DNA of 64,000 nucleotides from an uncultured delta proteobacterium (GCA_963847445.1 CAWJZV010000030.1:128001-192000), one strand, 5' to 3'. Shown: positions 50,218 through 61,309, counted from the stretch's first letter. Numbers and translations: made by a program. The notes: generated by a model from the letters alone, not told the origin.

Positions 50218-52636
50218 ATGGAAGCGCCGAAAAGCGGTTTGTTCGCGACCGTCTTTTCGGCGCTGCTTCTTCCCGTCCTTAATTTTTTCGACAAACCGTC
50301 CCAGCCGCGCTACCGCGGCGAAATCACTCTCGCCGGATTGCAGCGCGCGGTTAACGTCGCATTTGACCGCTACGCGGTTCCTCATGTCCAAGCGGCCGAC
50401 GAACAAGATATGTTCTTTGCCCAAGGCTATCTGCACGCCCAAGAGCGGCTATGGCAGATGGAGATGAGCCGGCGCTTTCTCAGCGGCCGGATGGCTGAGC
50501 TGTTCGGTGACTTCCCTCTGCCCTGGCGTGAACTCTCCGGCCAATTTCGCGGCCACAAGACCAGCGATCTCGATTTTTTTATCCGCCTGTTGGGGATTCG
50601 CCAGTCGGCGATTCAATCCGTGCAGCTGCTGTCCGACAGTGACATGGGCAGGCTCAACGCCTATAGCCAGGGTATCAATCGCTACATCGAGAGCTGCGGC
50701 AAAAAATTCCCGTGGGAATTTCGCTTGCTGCGCTTTGCGCCGGAACCATGGACTGCCGAAGACAGCCTAACCATCGGCAAAGGGCTATCGTTCCTGCTCT
50801 CCACCGCGCTTTACACGAGGCTCAACTTGATACGGCTCGCGGCAAGGCTTCAGCATGACCCGGAGAAACTCCGATCACTACTACCCACTTACCCGATCGA
50901 CGCGCCGACCATCAGTCGCGCGATCATCCAGCAGGCAACCGGCCTTAGCCGCTTCACCAATGGGATTCTCGCCGACACCGATTGGCATGGCGCCGGACAT
51001 GGCAGTAACAACTGGGTGGTCGGTCCGGAGAAAGCCAAATCCGGCGGAGCGATGCTGTGCAACGATCCCCACCTGCGCATGACTCTGCCGTCGATGTTTT
51101 ATCTGATGCGTCTTGCGGCCGGGGAAGAAAGCGCTGGGCACAGTTTCGATACTTGGGGTGCGTCGATACCGGGGCTGCCTTGCATTCAATTGGGACAGAA
51201 CCGCAGTATCGCCTGGGGCATCACCGCGGCGCTCTGCGACGATGTCGAACTTTATAGTGAGCGGATTCACCGCATCGAACGCGACCGTTATCTTGCCGGC
51301 CAGGAGTGGCACAAGTTTGCCGAACGGCGGGAGCGGATAGTCATCCGGGGCGGTAAAGCAATTGAAAGAATCATCCGCTCCAGCCGCCATGGGCCGATCA
51401 TCGGCGATTTTGTTGGCACCGAACCCTCAGGAGAAGTGTTAGCCCTAAGTTGGTGCGCCACCGAACCGAGCCGGGAAATCCATTCGGTCTATCGGCTGAA
51501 CCAAGCGCGTGACTGGCAGGAATTCTTAACCGCGCTGCAATCACCACAGCGCGCCCAGTTTGAATTTCCTCTACGCCGACCGGTTCGGCAATATCGGTTA
51601 CGCCCTCGGCGGCAAAATCCCCAAACGCAGCGCCGAACCCTCGATCCTGCCGCTCGCCGGTTGGGATGAATGTAACGACTGGCGCGGCTATATTCCATTC
51701 GAAGAACTGCCGCGGCTGTACAATCCGCCAAGCGGTTTCATCGCCACGGCTAATAACCAGATCGTTGACTCGGCGTACCCCTATTATCTTTCCAACTTTT
51801 TCGAGCCGCCACAGCGGGTTCGCCGGATATACCAGCTGTTACAGTCACAGGAGCATTTTACTGCCGACGATATGGCAAAGCTCCAGCTTGACCAGGTTTC
51901 GCTGCATGCCGTGGAACTGATCCAAGCGCTCAACGCCGATCTGCGCGCCGTGCCAGACCGCGGCGGGATTGTTAATCACGCCGTGGCAAAATTGCTCGCA
52001 TGGGATGGCGACTGCACCGCGGCGAGCATCCCGGCGGCGATCTTCCATGTCTTTCATCAGCATCTATTGGCAAATTTGTTGCGCAGCGCGCTGGGCGACG
52101 AAGTGTTCGGCGCCTATACCGAGATTCTCAATCAGTGCATCGTTCCCACCGACAAAATCTTGCGCGATGAGAAATCCTGTTGGTTTGCCCAACGGTCGAG
52201 AAAAGCGCTGGTCGCCCAATCGCTAGAGGACGCTTGCGCCGAGCTGCGCCAATCCCTGGGTACGGACTGTGAGCGCTGGCAGTGGGGCAAGCTGCACCAA
52301 CTATCTCTTAATCATGCCTTGAGTCGTCTCGCTATACTGAAACCGGCAGTCTGCATTGGACCCACGCCGGTCGGCGGCGACGGCATGACTGTTAATTTTG
52401 GCTTTTATCGCCACTCCAATCCCTATTCACAGTCCGCTGGCGCGGCACTGCGCTATGTCATCGACTTTAACGATCCGGCGCACTCCGGTTACGTTCTAGC
52501 ATCGGGGCAATCCGGCCACCCTGGGTCGCCCCATTATGGGGATCAAACCGAGGCCTGGCAGAGCGGCGCAAAAATCCAACTTTCGTCGCACCTTGGCGAT
52601 TCCGATGACCATTGTTTAGTTATGAAGCCATGCTAA
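50218..52636 (+). CDS. Penicillin acylase (Ntn-hydrolase) family protein (frameshift ~51545)
   Basis: AQGYLHAQERLWQME, GSNNW nucleophile site, NDPHL, NFLYAD, ATANN, GQSGHPGSPHYGDQ. Confidence 0.93.
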
Positions 52637-52705
52637 GCTGATTTGGGTCAATAGAACCAAACACTGGCGCCATCAATGCCGTCATCCAATAACGCAGGCA
52701 AAAAC

Positions 52706-53368
52706 ATGCCGATTAATCTATTGATCGCCGACGACGAAAGACTGTTTCGTCAGAGCTTGAAAATCCTCCTGGAGAGCGGCACCAACATCAAAGTCGTCGT
52801 CGAAGCCGCCGATGGCCAAGAGGCGGTGCTCGGCGCACGCGAGACCCAACCTCACCTCGCTCTGCTCGATGTCGACATGCCCAAGATGGACGGCATCAAG
52901 GCCGCTAAACTCATCACTACGGTTTCACCCAAGACTAAAGTGCTCATGCTATCGGTGCATCATGAAGACGACAAGATTCGTTCGGCGCTGCGTGCCGGTG
53001 CCATCGGATATATTTTAAAGGACACCGACCGCGATGAATTCATCGATATATTACAAAAAATCCACGCCGGCAAAACATCGTCGTCGCCCTACCTAGCGCA
53101 CTTGGCGCTCGATGGCGACATGTCGGTTAGGCCGCACTACGACAGCAGCCGTCACCCGGGTGATGTCGCTGACAAATTCGCGCTCACCGAGTTGGAGCTC
53201 AAGATACTCAAGTTAGTTACCGAGGGCTTGAGCAATGACGAGATCGGTCAAATCACCCAGCTCGCGCGCGAGACCATCAAAGGCCATCTGAAAGCGCTAT
53301 TTCGCAAACTCGAGGTGAAGAACCGCACGGAAGCGGCGGTCTTAGCCATCCGAGAGGGCTTAAGTTAA
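52706..53368 (+). CDS. NarL/LuxR family response regulator
   Basis: LIADD, LLDVDMP, GYILKD, and LTELE...GLSNDEI...VKNRTEA HTH. Confidence 0.94.
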   Translation: MPINLLIADDERLFRQSLKILLESGTNIKVVVEAADGQEAVLGARETQPHLALLDVDMPKMDGIKAAKLITTVSPKTKVLMLSVHHEDDKIRSALRAGAIGYILKDTDRDEFIDILQKIHAGKTSSSPYLAHLALDGDMSVRPHYDSSRHPGDVADKFALTELELKILKLVTEGLSNDEIGQITQLARETIKGHLKALFRKLEVKNRTEAAVLAIREGLS

Positions 53369-53499
53369 CCGGTCCCCGAAGGAGTGAGATAATAGTGCCC
53401 CATATGTGGGCATTGACAGATCACGGGTTCTAAGACATAAAACTGCAACTTCATAGAATAATTTCGAGTCGGAAACGTCCAATTAAGGAGTCAATGTTT

Positions 53500-54045
53500 A
53501 TGCGCAGCAAAATTGCAATTGGCACTCTCCTGGTCGCTATATCAATCGTTTTCGGCTCCTCTGGAACCGCCCGAGCCATTGGCGTAGGCGACAAAGCCCC
53601 GGATTTCGAACTCGACAGCAGCAAGGGCGGCAAGCTCAAGCTCAGCAGCCTCAAAGGCAAAAATGTCCTGATCAATTTCTATGTGCTCGACTTCAGCCCC
53701 ACTTGAATCAAGGACCTGCAAGCGTCCGGTTCGGACCACTATTCCCTCTTTCAGGCACAAAACACCGAAGTTGTTGGAATTAGCATGAATGCGCCGTTCT
53801 CTCAAAAAGCCTTCGCGGACTTCGCTAAGATCGTCTATCCCCTGCTCAGCGATCGCGATGGCAAAGTCATGCAGGCCTTCGGGGTTTACGACGAACCCAG
53901 ACGTTTGGCCAAACGGTCATACATCATCGTCGATAAGGAAGGCGTGATTAAGTATTACGACATTCGCCCCAGCAACACAGAAAAGGATCTGCTCTCCACC
54001 GAGCAATTGTTGAACGCGGTGAAAAAAGTCAATCAAGGCAGTTAA
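53500..54045 (+). CDS. Exported selenocysteine-containing peroxiredoxin (AhpC/TSA; AhpE/BCP-like), UGA at 53704-53706
   Basis: ORFs 53494..53706 and 53785..54045 share one frame and are separated only by TGA: GDKAPDFEL...FYVLDFSPT-U-IKDL...VVGIS...YPLLSD...AKRSYIIVDKEG. No Cys anywhere in the protein. Confidence 0.88.
53707..53740 (+). promoter_or_regulatory. Bacterial SECIS-like hairpin
   Basis: GTCC-GGTTC-GGAC (53724-53736); the G-initiated apical loop lies about 22 nt 3' of the UGA. Confidence 0.65.
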
Positions 54046-54085
54046 ACTGATAACGGTGACAAGATTTGAAAGGAGAAAATAAATA

Positions 54086-54535
54086 ATGGTTCGAAAAATT
54101 TTAGTTAGTGCGTTGTTTGGATTTTTGGCGGTGGGTGTTAGCACCCAAGCGTTTGCTCAAGCCGACGTCAATGAGAAGCGGCAGCAACTGATGCAAGGTC
54201 AAAGTGCAGCAGTCAAGGCGATCAAAGGAGCGATTGAAAGCAAGGACTACGTAACCATAGAAACCAAGGCAAAAGATTTGATGGGCTCGTCGGATCGGAT
54301 CGTCGGGTCGTTCCCGAAAGGGAGCACCACGGGAAAGACCAGAGCTACCGAGGCGATTTGGGACAAGTCCGAGGAATTCGCCAAACACGCCAAGGCTTTG
54401 GGTGCTGCAGCAGGTGAATTAGCCGATGCCGCCAAAGCCAAGAATGATGACGCGATCGCCGCGAAAATGAAATCCATCGGCGCGACCTGCGATACTTGCC
54501 ACAAGGTTTTTCGTGCCGCTAAGTACAGCGAATAA
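54086..54535 (+). CDS. Cytochrome c' (class II cytochrome c)
   Basis: Signal AFA|QA, RQQLM, FPKGS, AIWDKSEEF, C-terminal CDTCHKVFR. Confidence 0.92.
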   Translation: MVRKILVSALFGFLAVGVSTQAFAQADVNEKRQQLMQGQSAAVKAIKGAIESKDYVTIETKAKDLMGSSDRIVGSFPKGSTTGKTRATEAIWDKSEEFAKHAKALGAAAGELADAAKAKNDDAIAAKMKSIGATCDTCHKVFRAAKYSE

Positions 54536-54564
54536 CGTTAGCTAGCGTCAACTTGGTGGGTTTC

Positions 54565-54601
54565 GAAAGCCTCTGCCCCGCGGCAGGGGCTTTCTTGTTT
54601 C
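54565..54601 (+). terminator. Intrinsic terminator
   Basis: gaaagcctctgcc-ccgc-ggcaggggctttc followed by ttgttt. Confidence 0.8.
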
Positions 54602-54655
54602 TATCCCCGCCCTCCTGTAGAGTTTACCTCGCAAATTCAATTGAGGTGAAAGCCC

Positions 54656-55680
54656 ATGCCAATTAGACATTTCTTATACGTCGCGCTCGTCCTGCTTCTA
54701 GCGCAGTTATTTCTCGCACCAAAAGCTCCGGCGCAAATGACCCGGCTAAACGTCGGCTACAGCGCCATCAGCGCGCGATCAGTTACCGGCTTGGGTCGCC
54801 AAGGACGCCGGAATCTTTGCCAAGCATGGTTTAGATGTCGCAGCTGATCTTCTTTACCGGCGGTACAACCGCGATACTCGCTCTGGTATCCGGCGATGTG
54901 CCAATCACACAAGTATCGGGGCCGGGTCTGGTGAGCAGCGGTCTCGGCGGTTCCGACGCGGTCTTCGTCGCCGCTGGCATAACCTCGCTAAATTACGTGT
55001 TGATGGGCAAACCCGGGGTAAAATCCATCGAGCAGTTGAAGGGCGGTACGCTCGCAATCAGCCGGTTCGGTTCCGCCACCGATTCAATCGCCCGTTTCGC
55101 CTTGAAAAAGGTCGGACTCACCGTTGGCAAGGATGTCACGCTGATTCAGGTTGGCAGCGGACCGGAGCGCCTGGGCGCTTTACAGACCGGCAGGGTAACC
55201 GCCGCGGTGATCAATCCCCCGTCGAGCTTTCATCGCCGAAAAGCGCGGCATGGCGGTGATCGCCGATGTCGCGCAAATGGGTCTGGTGTTTCAGCACACC
55301 GGCGCGGTGACCACCAAGAAGTTTATTCGCGAACACAACGACGTGGTACGGCGCTACGTCAGAGCCCATGTCGAAGCGGTGCACAAAATGTGGACCGACA
55401 AAGAAGCGACGATCGGGCCCTCGGCAAATATATGGGCAGCGGTCTGGATCGCGAGATTCTCGAAAAGAGCTGGGCGAACGTCATGCACGAATCGCTCTAT
55501 CCTAAAAAACAGTATCCCAGCGTCGAAGGGCTTAAGACCGTCATCGACGACATCGCCGAACGCGATCCGCGGGCGAAGACCGTCAAGCCGGAACAGTTCA
55601 TCGATGCGTCGTTTATCCGCGAGCTCGATCAAAGCGGCTTCATCGATGGTCTGTACAAAAGAAATAGCCCGCGCCCATGA
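54656..55680 (+). CDS. NMT1/SsuA/TauA-type ABC substrate-binding protein (several frameshifts)
   Basis: Signal peptide, LNVGYSAIS, LPAWVAKDAGIFAKHGLDV, LKGGTLAISRFGSATD, FIDASFIRELDQSGFID. Confidence 0.88.
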
Positions 55681-55944
55681 ATAAATGCTAAGCAGCCAGC
55701 GCGGCAACGCCGCGACGCGGACTTGCAAGCCTGGGCTCAAGAGGTTAGTCAGCGCGCCGATCCGGCGGTCGAAACCCAAGTCATCTTCGAAGAAGACTCC
55801 AACACCTTCATCCTGCGTCTGGCCAAGGACGCTCGGGTGCTGGTTTTTCGCCTCTCCGCGTCGCAGATCTATACCGACGGCCGAGAATCCGAATGCGAGC
55901 GAACCCTCAATCGTAAAATCAAAGATCTGTGGAATTTGCTTTAA
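55677..55944 (+). CDS. Small hypothetical protein (5' frameshift)
   Basis: ATGA overlap with the upstream gene; ...LQAWAQEVSQRADPAVETQVIFEEDSNTFILRL...KIKDLWNLL*. Confidence 0.55.
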
Positions 55945-55957
55945 AGAGACCTGGCGC

Positions 55958-56054
55958 GTTCAAACCGTTCAAATCGTTCAAGTGGTTCAAATCGTCTCGG
56001 TTCCTTCCGAATCGAACGGTTTGATCGTATTGAACGGCTTGAACTATTTGAACG
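55958..56054. repeat. 9-bp periodic tandem-inverted repeat between convergent genes
   Basis: GTTC at 55958, 55967, 55976, 55985; GAAC/GATC at 56014, 56023, 56032, 56041, 56050. Confidence 0.85.
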
Positions 56055-56055
56055 G

Positions 56056-57033
56056 CTATTTTCCGTGAAGAAACCGCGCTGCGTCTTTGGCGAAGTACGT
56101 CAGAATCATGTCAGCGCCGGCGCGGCGGATCGCGTACAGCACTTCCATCATGATTCTTTCTTCATCGATCCAACCGTTCTGACCGGCCGCCTTGATCATC
56201 GAGTACTCGCCGCTGACATTGTAGGCCGCCACCGGATAGCCGAACTTCTGTTTCACCCGGTAGACCACATCTAAGTAGGCCATCGCCGGTTTGACCATGA
56301 CGATGTCGGCGCCCTCGCGGATATCCTGCTCGACTTCGCGCAGCGCTTCGTCCGAGTTCGCCGGGTCCATCTGATAGGAACGGCGGTCACCGAACTGCGG
56401 CGTTGATTCAGCAGCTTCACGAAACGGCCCATAGAAACCCGAAGCATACTTGGCCGCGTAGGCCATGATCGCCGTCTGCGCAAAGCCATTTTCGTCCAAC
56501 GCTTTGCGGATTGCGCCGACCCGGCCGTCCATCATATCCGACGGCGCGACGATATCGGCGCCGGCGCGGGCATGGGACAACGACTCTCTTGCCAGCAGCT
56601 CCAAAGTGCTGTCGTTGTCGACATCGCCGTTCTTAATCACGCCGCAATGGCCATGATCGGTGTATTCGCAGAGACAAACATCGGTGATGACGAGAAGCTC
56701 GGGCAGCTGGCTTTTAATCTCGCCAATCGCCTGCTGAACGATGCCGTCGTCGTCGTAAGCCTCGCTGCCGACCGCGTCCTTATGCTCGGGCAATCCGAAT
56801 AAGATCACCGCGGGAATGCCCAGCGAATGAGCCTCTTCACATTCGCGCACCGCACGATCCACCGACAGCTGCGCCACCCCCGGCATCGACGAAACCGGTT
56901 GCACTCTGTCCTTGCCGGGGCCAACGAACAAGGGATAGATCAAATTGGCCGGTGCCAACGAAGTTTCACGCACCATCGCCCGCAGTTTGTCGTTGCGCCG
57001 CAACCGGCGCGGCCGATATCTTGGAAAGTCCAT
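56056..57033 (-). CDS. hemB: Porphobilinogen synthase
   Basis: [49 protein letters not shown]. Confidence 0.98.
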   Translation of the reverse strand: MDFPRYRPRRLRRNDKLRAMVRETSLAPANLIYPLFVGPGKDRVQPVSSMPGVAQLSVDRAVRECEEAHSLGIPAVILFGLPEHKDAVGSEAYDDDGIVQQAIGEIKSQLPELLVITDVCLCEYTDHGHCGVIKNGDVDNDSTLELLARESLSHARAGADIVAPSDMMDGRVGAIRKALDENGFAQTAIMAYAAKYASGFYGPFREAAESTPQFGDRRSYQMDPANSDEALREVEQDIREGADIVMVKPAMAYLDVVYRVKQKFGYPVAAYNVSGEYSMIKAAGQNGWIDEERIMMEVLYAIRRAGADMILTYFAKDAARFLHGK

Positions 57034-57047
57034 GGGGTTCTCCCGAG

Positions 57048-57865
57048 TCAATGCTTGATGGCGCTAAAATACTCGATCATTGCTGTCGACCAATCCGTCG
57101 ATGGTGGACTCACGCGCCATGACCGTCACAGCGCCGCCCAACTCTTCAATCGTTTTCGCCGTAATCGGGCCGATGCTGGCGATCGCCGCCCCGCGGACAA
57201 TCGAATCAAGAGAGTTGCCGCCGCACAGCTGCACGAAATTACTCACCGTGCTCGAACTGGTAAACGTCACCATGTCGACGTCGCCACGCTCCAGCCGTTG
57301 GCGAACTTCTCTTGAGTCGAACGCCGGCGCGCTGGTTCGGTAAGCTTCGACAACATCGACCTTGGCACCCCACTGACGCAAGGTTTCAGGCAACAGATCG
57401 CGCGCTTTGGCGGCACAGGGAATCAAGACCCGCTTACCGGTGAGTTCCACGCCGTTCAAAGATTCCACCAGCCCCTCCGCTTGAAAACGGCTTGGCACCA
57501 CGGCGACGGTCAATTCCTGCGGCGGCCAGCCGCCTGGTGGTCTCGGAACCGATCGCCGCCACCTGCACGTCGGCCAAATCCGCCAGCGATTTCTTTGCGA
57601 TCTTCAAGCGCTCAAGAAATGGCTCGATGCTATTGACGCTGGTAAAAATAATCCACTGGTAGGCAGCGATTTGTTGCAGTGCTCTGTCCAATTCAGCAAA
57701 GCTCGCCGGCGCTTGAATCTCGATGGTCGGGAACTCGATCACCTCACCACCCAGCGCTTCGATGCGTTGAGCCAAACCACCGGCTTGTTTGCGCGCGCGA
57801 GTGACGACGATACGTCGCCCGGCGAACGGCTTTTCGCTCGACATGGCGCCAGCCAAGTTCGTCAT
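57048..57865 (-). CDS. hemD: Uroporphyrinogen-III synthase (frameshifts ~57512, ~57080)
   Basis: [45 protein letters not shown]; position between hemC and hemB. Confidence 0.92.
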
Positions 57866-57869
57866 GGGA

Positions 57870-58781
57870 TCAACTCGCCGCCAATATCTTATCGGCTCCC
57901 TGCTGCAGCAGCTCCTCCGCCAGCCGCTCTCCAAGCTTCTCGGCCTCGCTGATATCGCCCGTGAGCTCGGCTTTACACAGAGTTGTGCCGTCGGGACTGG
58001 CGACGATGGCGATCATGGTCAAAACCTCGCCTGCCGCTCGGGCTCGCGCACCGATCGGCACATGGCAACCGCCGCTCAAACGGCGCAAGAGCGCGCGTTC
58101 AGCGACGGTCTCCGCCTCGGCCAAGGGATCATGGAGGAAGCCCAATAATTCTCCTAGCGCGCCGTCGGCGCGCGCTTCGATGGCTAAAGCGCCTTGAGCC
58201 ACGGCGCTGACACAGATTTCATCCGGCAAATATTCGCCGATCCGTTCGGCGCGGCCGATTCGTTTTAGCCCGGCAGCGGCCATGATTAGACCATCGGCCT
58301 CGCCGTCATCGAGCTTGCGCAAGCGGGTATCGACGTTGCCGCGCATCGGTGTAAGGACCAGATCGCCGCGATGACGCAACAGTTGCGCTTGGCGCCGCAG
58401 ACTGCCGGTGGCCAAGCGGGCGCCGCGCGGCAGATCGGCAAGTTTAAGCCCTCTCTTGGTCACCAGCACGTCCCGCGCGTCTTCCCGCGCCGGCACGGCG
58501 ACGATGGCTAGACCATCGGGTAACTCGGTGGGCAGATCCTTCATCGAGTGTACCGCCAGGTCAATGGATTGGTTGAACAGTGCATCCTCGATTTCCTTGG
58601 TGAACACGCCCTTGCCGCCCACCGCCGCGATCGGCCGGTCGACAAAGCGATCGCCGCTGGTCTTGATGATCGACAATTTCACCTGAAGATCCGGATAGCG
58701 CGACTCGAGCTGTTGCTTCACCCAGGTGGATTGGGCGAGGGCGAGCGGGCTGCCCCGGCTGCCGATGCGCAGCCGGTTCAT
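57870..58781 (-). CDS. hemC: Hydroxymethylbilane synthase
   Basis: GSRGSPLALAQ, GKGVFTKE, AVHSMKD, SLRR, RGNVDTRL, GGCHVP. Confidence 0.98.
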   Translation of the reverse strand: MNRLRIGSRGSPLALAQSTWVKQQLESRYPDLQVKLSIIKTSGDRFVDRPIAAVGGKGVFTKEIEDALFNQSIDLAVHSMKDLPTELPDGLAIVAVPAREDARDVLVTKRGLKLADLPRGARLATGSLRRQAQLLRHRGDLVLTPMRGNVDTRLRKLDDGEADGLIMAAAGLKRIGRAERIGEYLPDEICVSAVAQGALAIEARADGALGELLGFLHDPLAEAETVAERALLRRLSGGCHVPIGARARAAGEVLTMIAIVASPDGTTLCKAELTGDISEAEKLGERLAEELLQQGADKILAAS

Positions 58782-60061
58782 TTACCCTCCAGATCGAAGA
58801 GCTTCTTGAGGGCGGCGACGTAGAGCGCGGCTTCATCATCATTGTCATCGCGGCTCTTGAGTTGGGCAATCGGCGCGTGAAGCAGTTTGTTGATCATCGC
58901 CGTGGTCATGTCCTCCAACGCCGCGCGCTGTTCAGGCGAAAGATTTTTTAGCCCGCCGCCGAGGGATTTCTCAATCTCGCCGCGGCGAATATCATCGAAC
59001 CGTTGGCGTAAAGCGGTGATCGTCGGCACCTGCTCCAAGGAGCCGATCCAGCGCACAAAGCTCTGCACTTCTTCGCCGACGATGGTTTCCGCTCGCGCCG
59101 CTTCGTTGGAACGCCCCTGGAGATTTTCCTCGGCAACATTTTTCAGATCGTCGATGTTGTACAGATAAACGTTGTCGAGATCGTTGATTTTGCCGTCGAA
59201 GTTGCGCCGGTCGCCGATATCGATGAAGAACATCGCCTTATGCTTGCGCTCGCGCAGCACCTTTTCCACTTGCGCGGCGTCGACCAGAACTTCCGGCGCG
59301 CCAGTGCAGCCGATCACCAGATCGGCCATTTTCAAATACTGGGGAAAATCTTCGAAACGAATCGGGCTGCCATGAATCTTCTCGGCCAGCTCCACCGCCC
59401 GCTCGAACGTGCGGTTGGTGACCATCACGCTGCGCACGCCGTGGCCCTGGAGATGGCGCGCCATTAGATCGCCCATCTTGCCGGCGCCGATCAGCATCAC
59501 GGTCTTGTCGTCGAAGCGATCGAATATCCGTTTCGCCAGATCCACCGCCACCGAGCTCACCGACACCGCGCCGCTGCCGATGCCGGTTTCGCTGCGCACC
59601 CGCTTGGCCACCGAGAACGAACGATGAAATAACCGGTGCAGAATCGTCCCCACCGAGCCGGCTTGCTGGGCGGCGTCATAGTGCTGTTTCAATTGCCCGA
59701 GGATCTGCGGCTCGCCGACCACCATGGAATCGAGACTGGCGGCGACGCGAAACAGATGGCGCACCGCTTCAGCGCCGCGGTACTGATAAGTATGCTCCGA
59801 CCACGCCATGCCGTTACGATGAACCCGTTGCTCGCCGAGAAAGCTATCGATGTCGTTGTACGCTGTGGCACAATCCGAAGCCGCGGCGACCACTTCGACG
59901 CGATTGCAAGTGGACAGGATCACGCCTTCCTCGATGGACGGATAGTTGTGTAGACGCGTCAGAGCCTCGTGCAAGTACTCACTTGCGAACGCCACGCTCT
60001 CGCGCACCTCGATGGGCGCGCTGCGATGGTTCAGACCGACGATGACGATTTCTTTTTGCAC
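58778..60061 (-). CDS. hemA: Glutamyl-tRNA reductase
   Basis: GLNHRSAP, STCNRVE, SLDSMVVGEPQILGQ, IGAGKMG, NKLLHAP. Confidence 0.98.
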   Translation of the reverse strand: MQKEIVIVGLNHRSAPIEVRESVAFASEYLHEALTRLHNYPSIEEGVILSTCNRVEVVAAASDCATAYNDIDSFLGEQRVHRNGMAWSEHTYQYRGAEAVRHLFRVAASLDSMVVGEPQILGQLKQHYDAAQQAGSVGTILHRLFHRSFSVAKRVRSETGIGSGAVSVSSVAVDLAKRIFDRFDDKTVMLIGAGKMGDLMARHLQGHGVRSVMVTNRTFERAVELAEKIHGSPIRFEDFPQYLKMADLVIGCTGAPEVLVDAAQVEKVLRERKHKAMFFIDIGDRRNFDGKINDLDNVYLYNIDDLKNVAEENLQGRSNEAARAETIVGEEVQSFVRWIGSLEQVPTITALRQRFDDIRRGEIEKSLGGGLKNLSPEQRAALEDMTTAMINKLLHAPIAQLKSRDDNDDEAALYVAALKKLFDLEGK

Positions 60062-60149
60062 GGCTTATCTACAATTGGCCACGCTGCTCGCAGCGTGGAA
60101 ATTTATCGTGGAATTTGCCAAGGGGGCGACCATTCCCGGTTGGTTATGA

Positions 60150-60970
60150 TTACTGGAACCGGCCTCCATGCCGGCTGGGGAATACCGTATCGCCCCAGAG
60201 GAAATATCCCAGCACGACACAGAACCCGACCATGGTCAGCAGCGCCGCTTTCTTGCCGCGCAGGCCAGCGGTGATCCGGCCATGCAAGAATCGCGCCGTA
60301 GAATAACCAGGCGATGCCCCGAAGAAATCTGCCGCGGCTCCCAGGACCAATAATCGCCCCAATGAATCCCCGCCCACAGACTACCAGTGAGAATGCCGAG
60401 TGTCATCAAGGGAAAACCCCAGACCAAAAGCATAAGGTTGAGCCGGTCGAGGGACTCCAGCGGCGGGAATCGCTTTAACAGCGCGGTCATTTTCTTGTGC
60501 TTGAGATGGCGCTCCTGCAGCAGGTAGATCAGACTGACGCCGAAAGCCAAGGCAAATACCGCGTTGCCGAGAAACGCCAACGTGACATGCAACGGCAACC
60601 AGAAGGACTCCAGTCCCGGAGGAATCTCCGCGCCCGCCTTGCCGAAGGCCAACGCCGCCAAGCACATCAGAAACGCCAGCGGCGCGACGATGCCGCCCAA
60701 TACCGTGAGCCGGTACTTGAGTTGGATCAGCAGATAAACGCCGACCATTAACCAGCTCTTGAACAAGAGCGCTTCGCCGATCAGCGCCACCGCGGCAAAG
60801 CCTTCGTTGGCAAAGCGCACGAGCAGCGCGGCAGTATGGAAGCCCAAACCGCTCGCCAAGGCCAGCGCCGGCAACTTGGACGCCGTGTCCTTGCGAAAGA
60901 CGAAATAGAAATAGCTCGCAGCGGTGACGAGATAAATCACCGCAGTCAGTTTGATCAAGGTTATTTCCAT
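60150..60970 (-). CDS. ccsA: Cytochrome c biogenesis protein CcsA/HemX (frameshift ~60310)
   Basis: WLPLHV, QERHLK, GFPLMTLGILTGSLWA...WGDYWSWEP (WWD domain); upstream of hemA. Confidence 0.9.
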
Positions 60971-61065
60971 AAGGCCGGGATCATTATAGGCTAACCTTGT
61001 CTGCCTTCAAGCCAATTGACGGCGGCAATTGCAACGTACGCTATTGAACTCGACTTGCTCTCATT

Positions 61066-61151
61066 CGTCAGTGCCGTGAAGGCAGGAAGGGCGGACCCAT
61101 TGGTCCGCCCCTACGCCAAAAATCTGGATGCCGGCGTGCGCCGGCATGACG
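61066..61151. repeat. CGTC-type palindromic element with a nested GTAG-type REP
   Basis: cgtcagtgccg...ccggcatgacg ends; internal gggcggacc-catt-ggtccgccc-ctac (61089-61114). Confidence 0.7.
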
Positions 61152-61185
61152 GAACTTCTCTGCGCCTGAGAGACTGCGTCGCGAT

Positions 61186-61267
61186 TGTCATTCCGAGGTG
61201 AAACGAGGAATCTCGTCTTGGTAAGTGGCTGACAAGCCGAGATTCTTCGCTAACGCTCAGAATGACA
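61186..61267. repeat. Palindromic repeat element (GTCATTC...GAATCTC / GAGATTC...GAATGAC)
   Basis: tgtcattccgag...gaggaatctcg ... cgagattcttcgctaacgctcagaatgaca terminal inverted repeats. Confidence 0.75.
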
Positions 61268-61309
61268 AAAAGGACATGAACGTAGTAGCAATTGCAGCCG
61301 CTGCGCGAC

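Noticed and set aside
55958-56054. GTTC/GAAC arrays as LexA SOS boxes
   Set aside because: Known boxes are GTTC-N7-GTTC or GAAC-N4-GTTC and sit in promoters; these are N5-spaced and lie at gene 3' ends.
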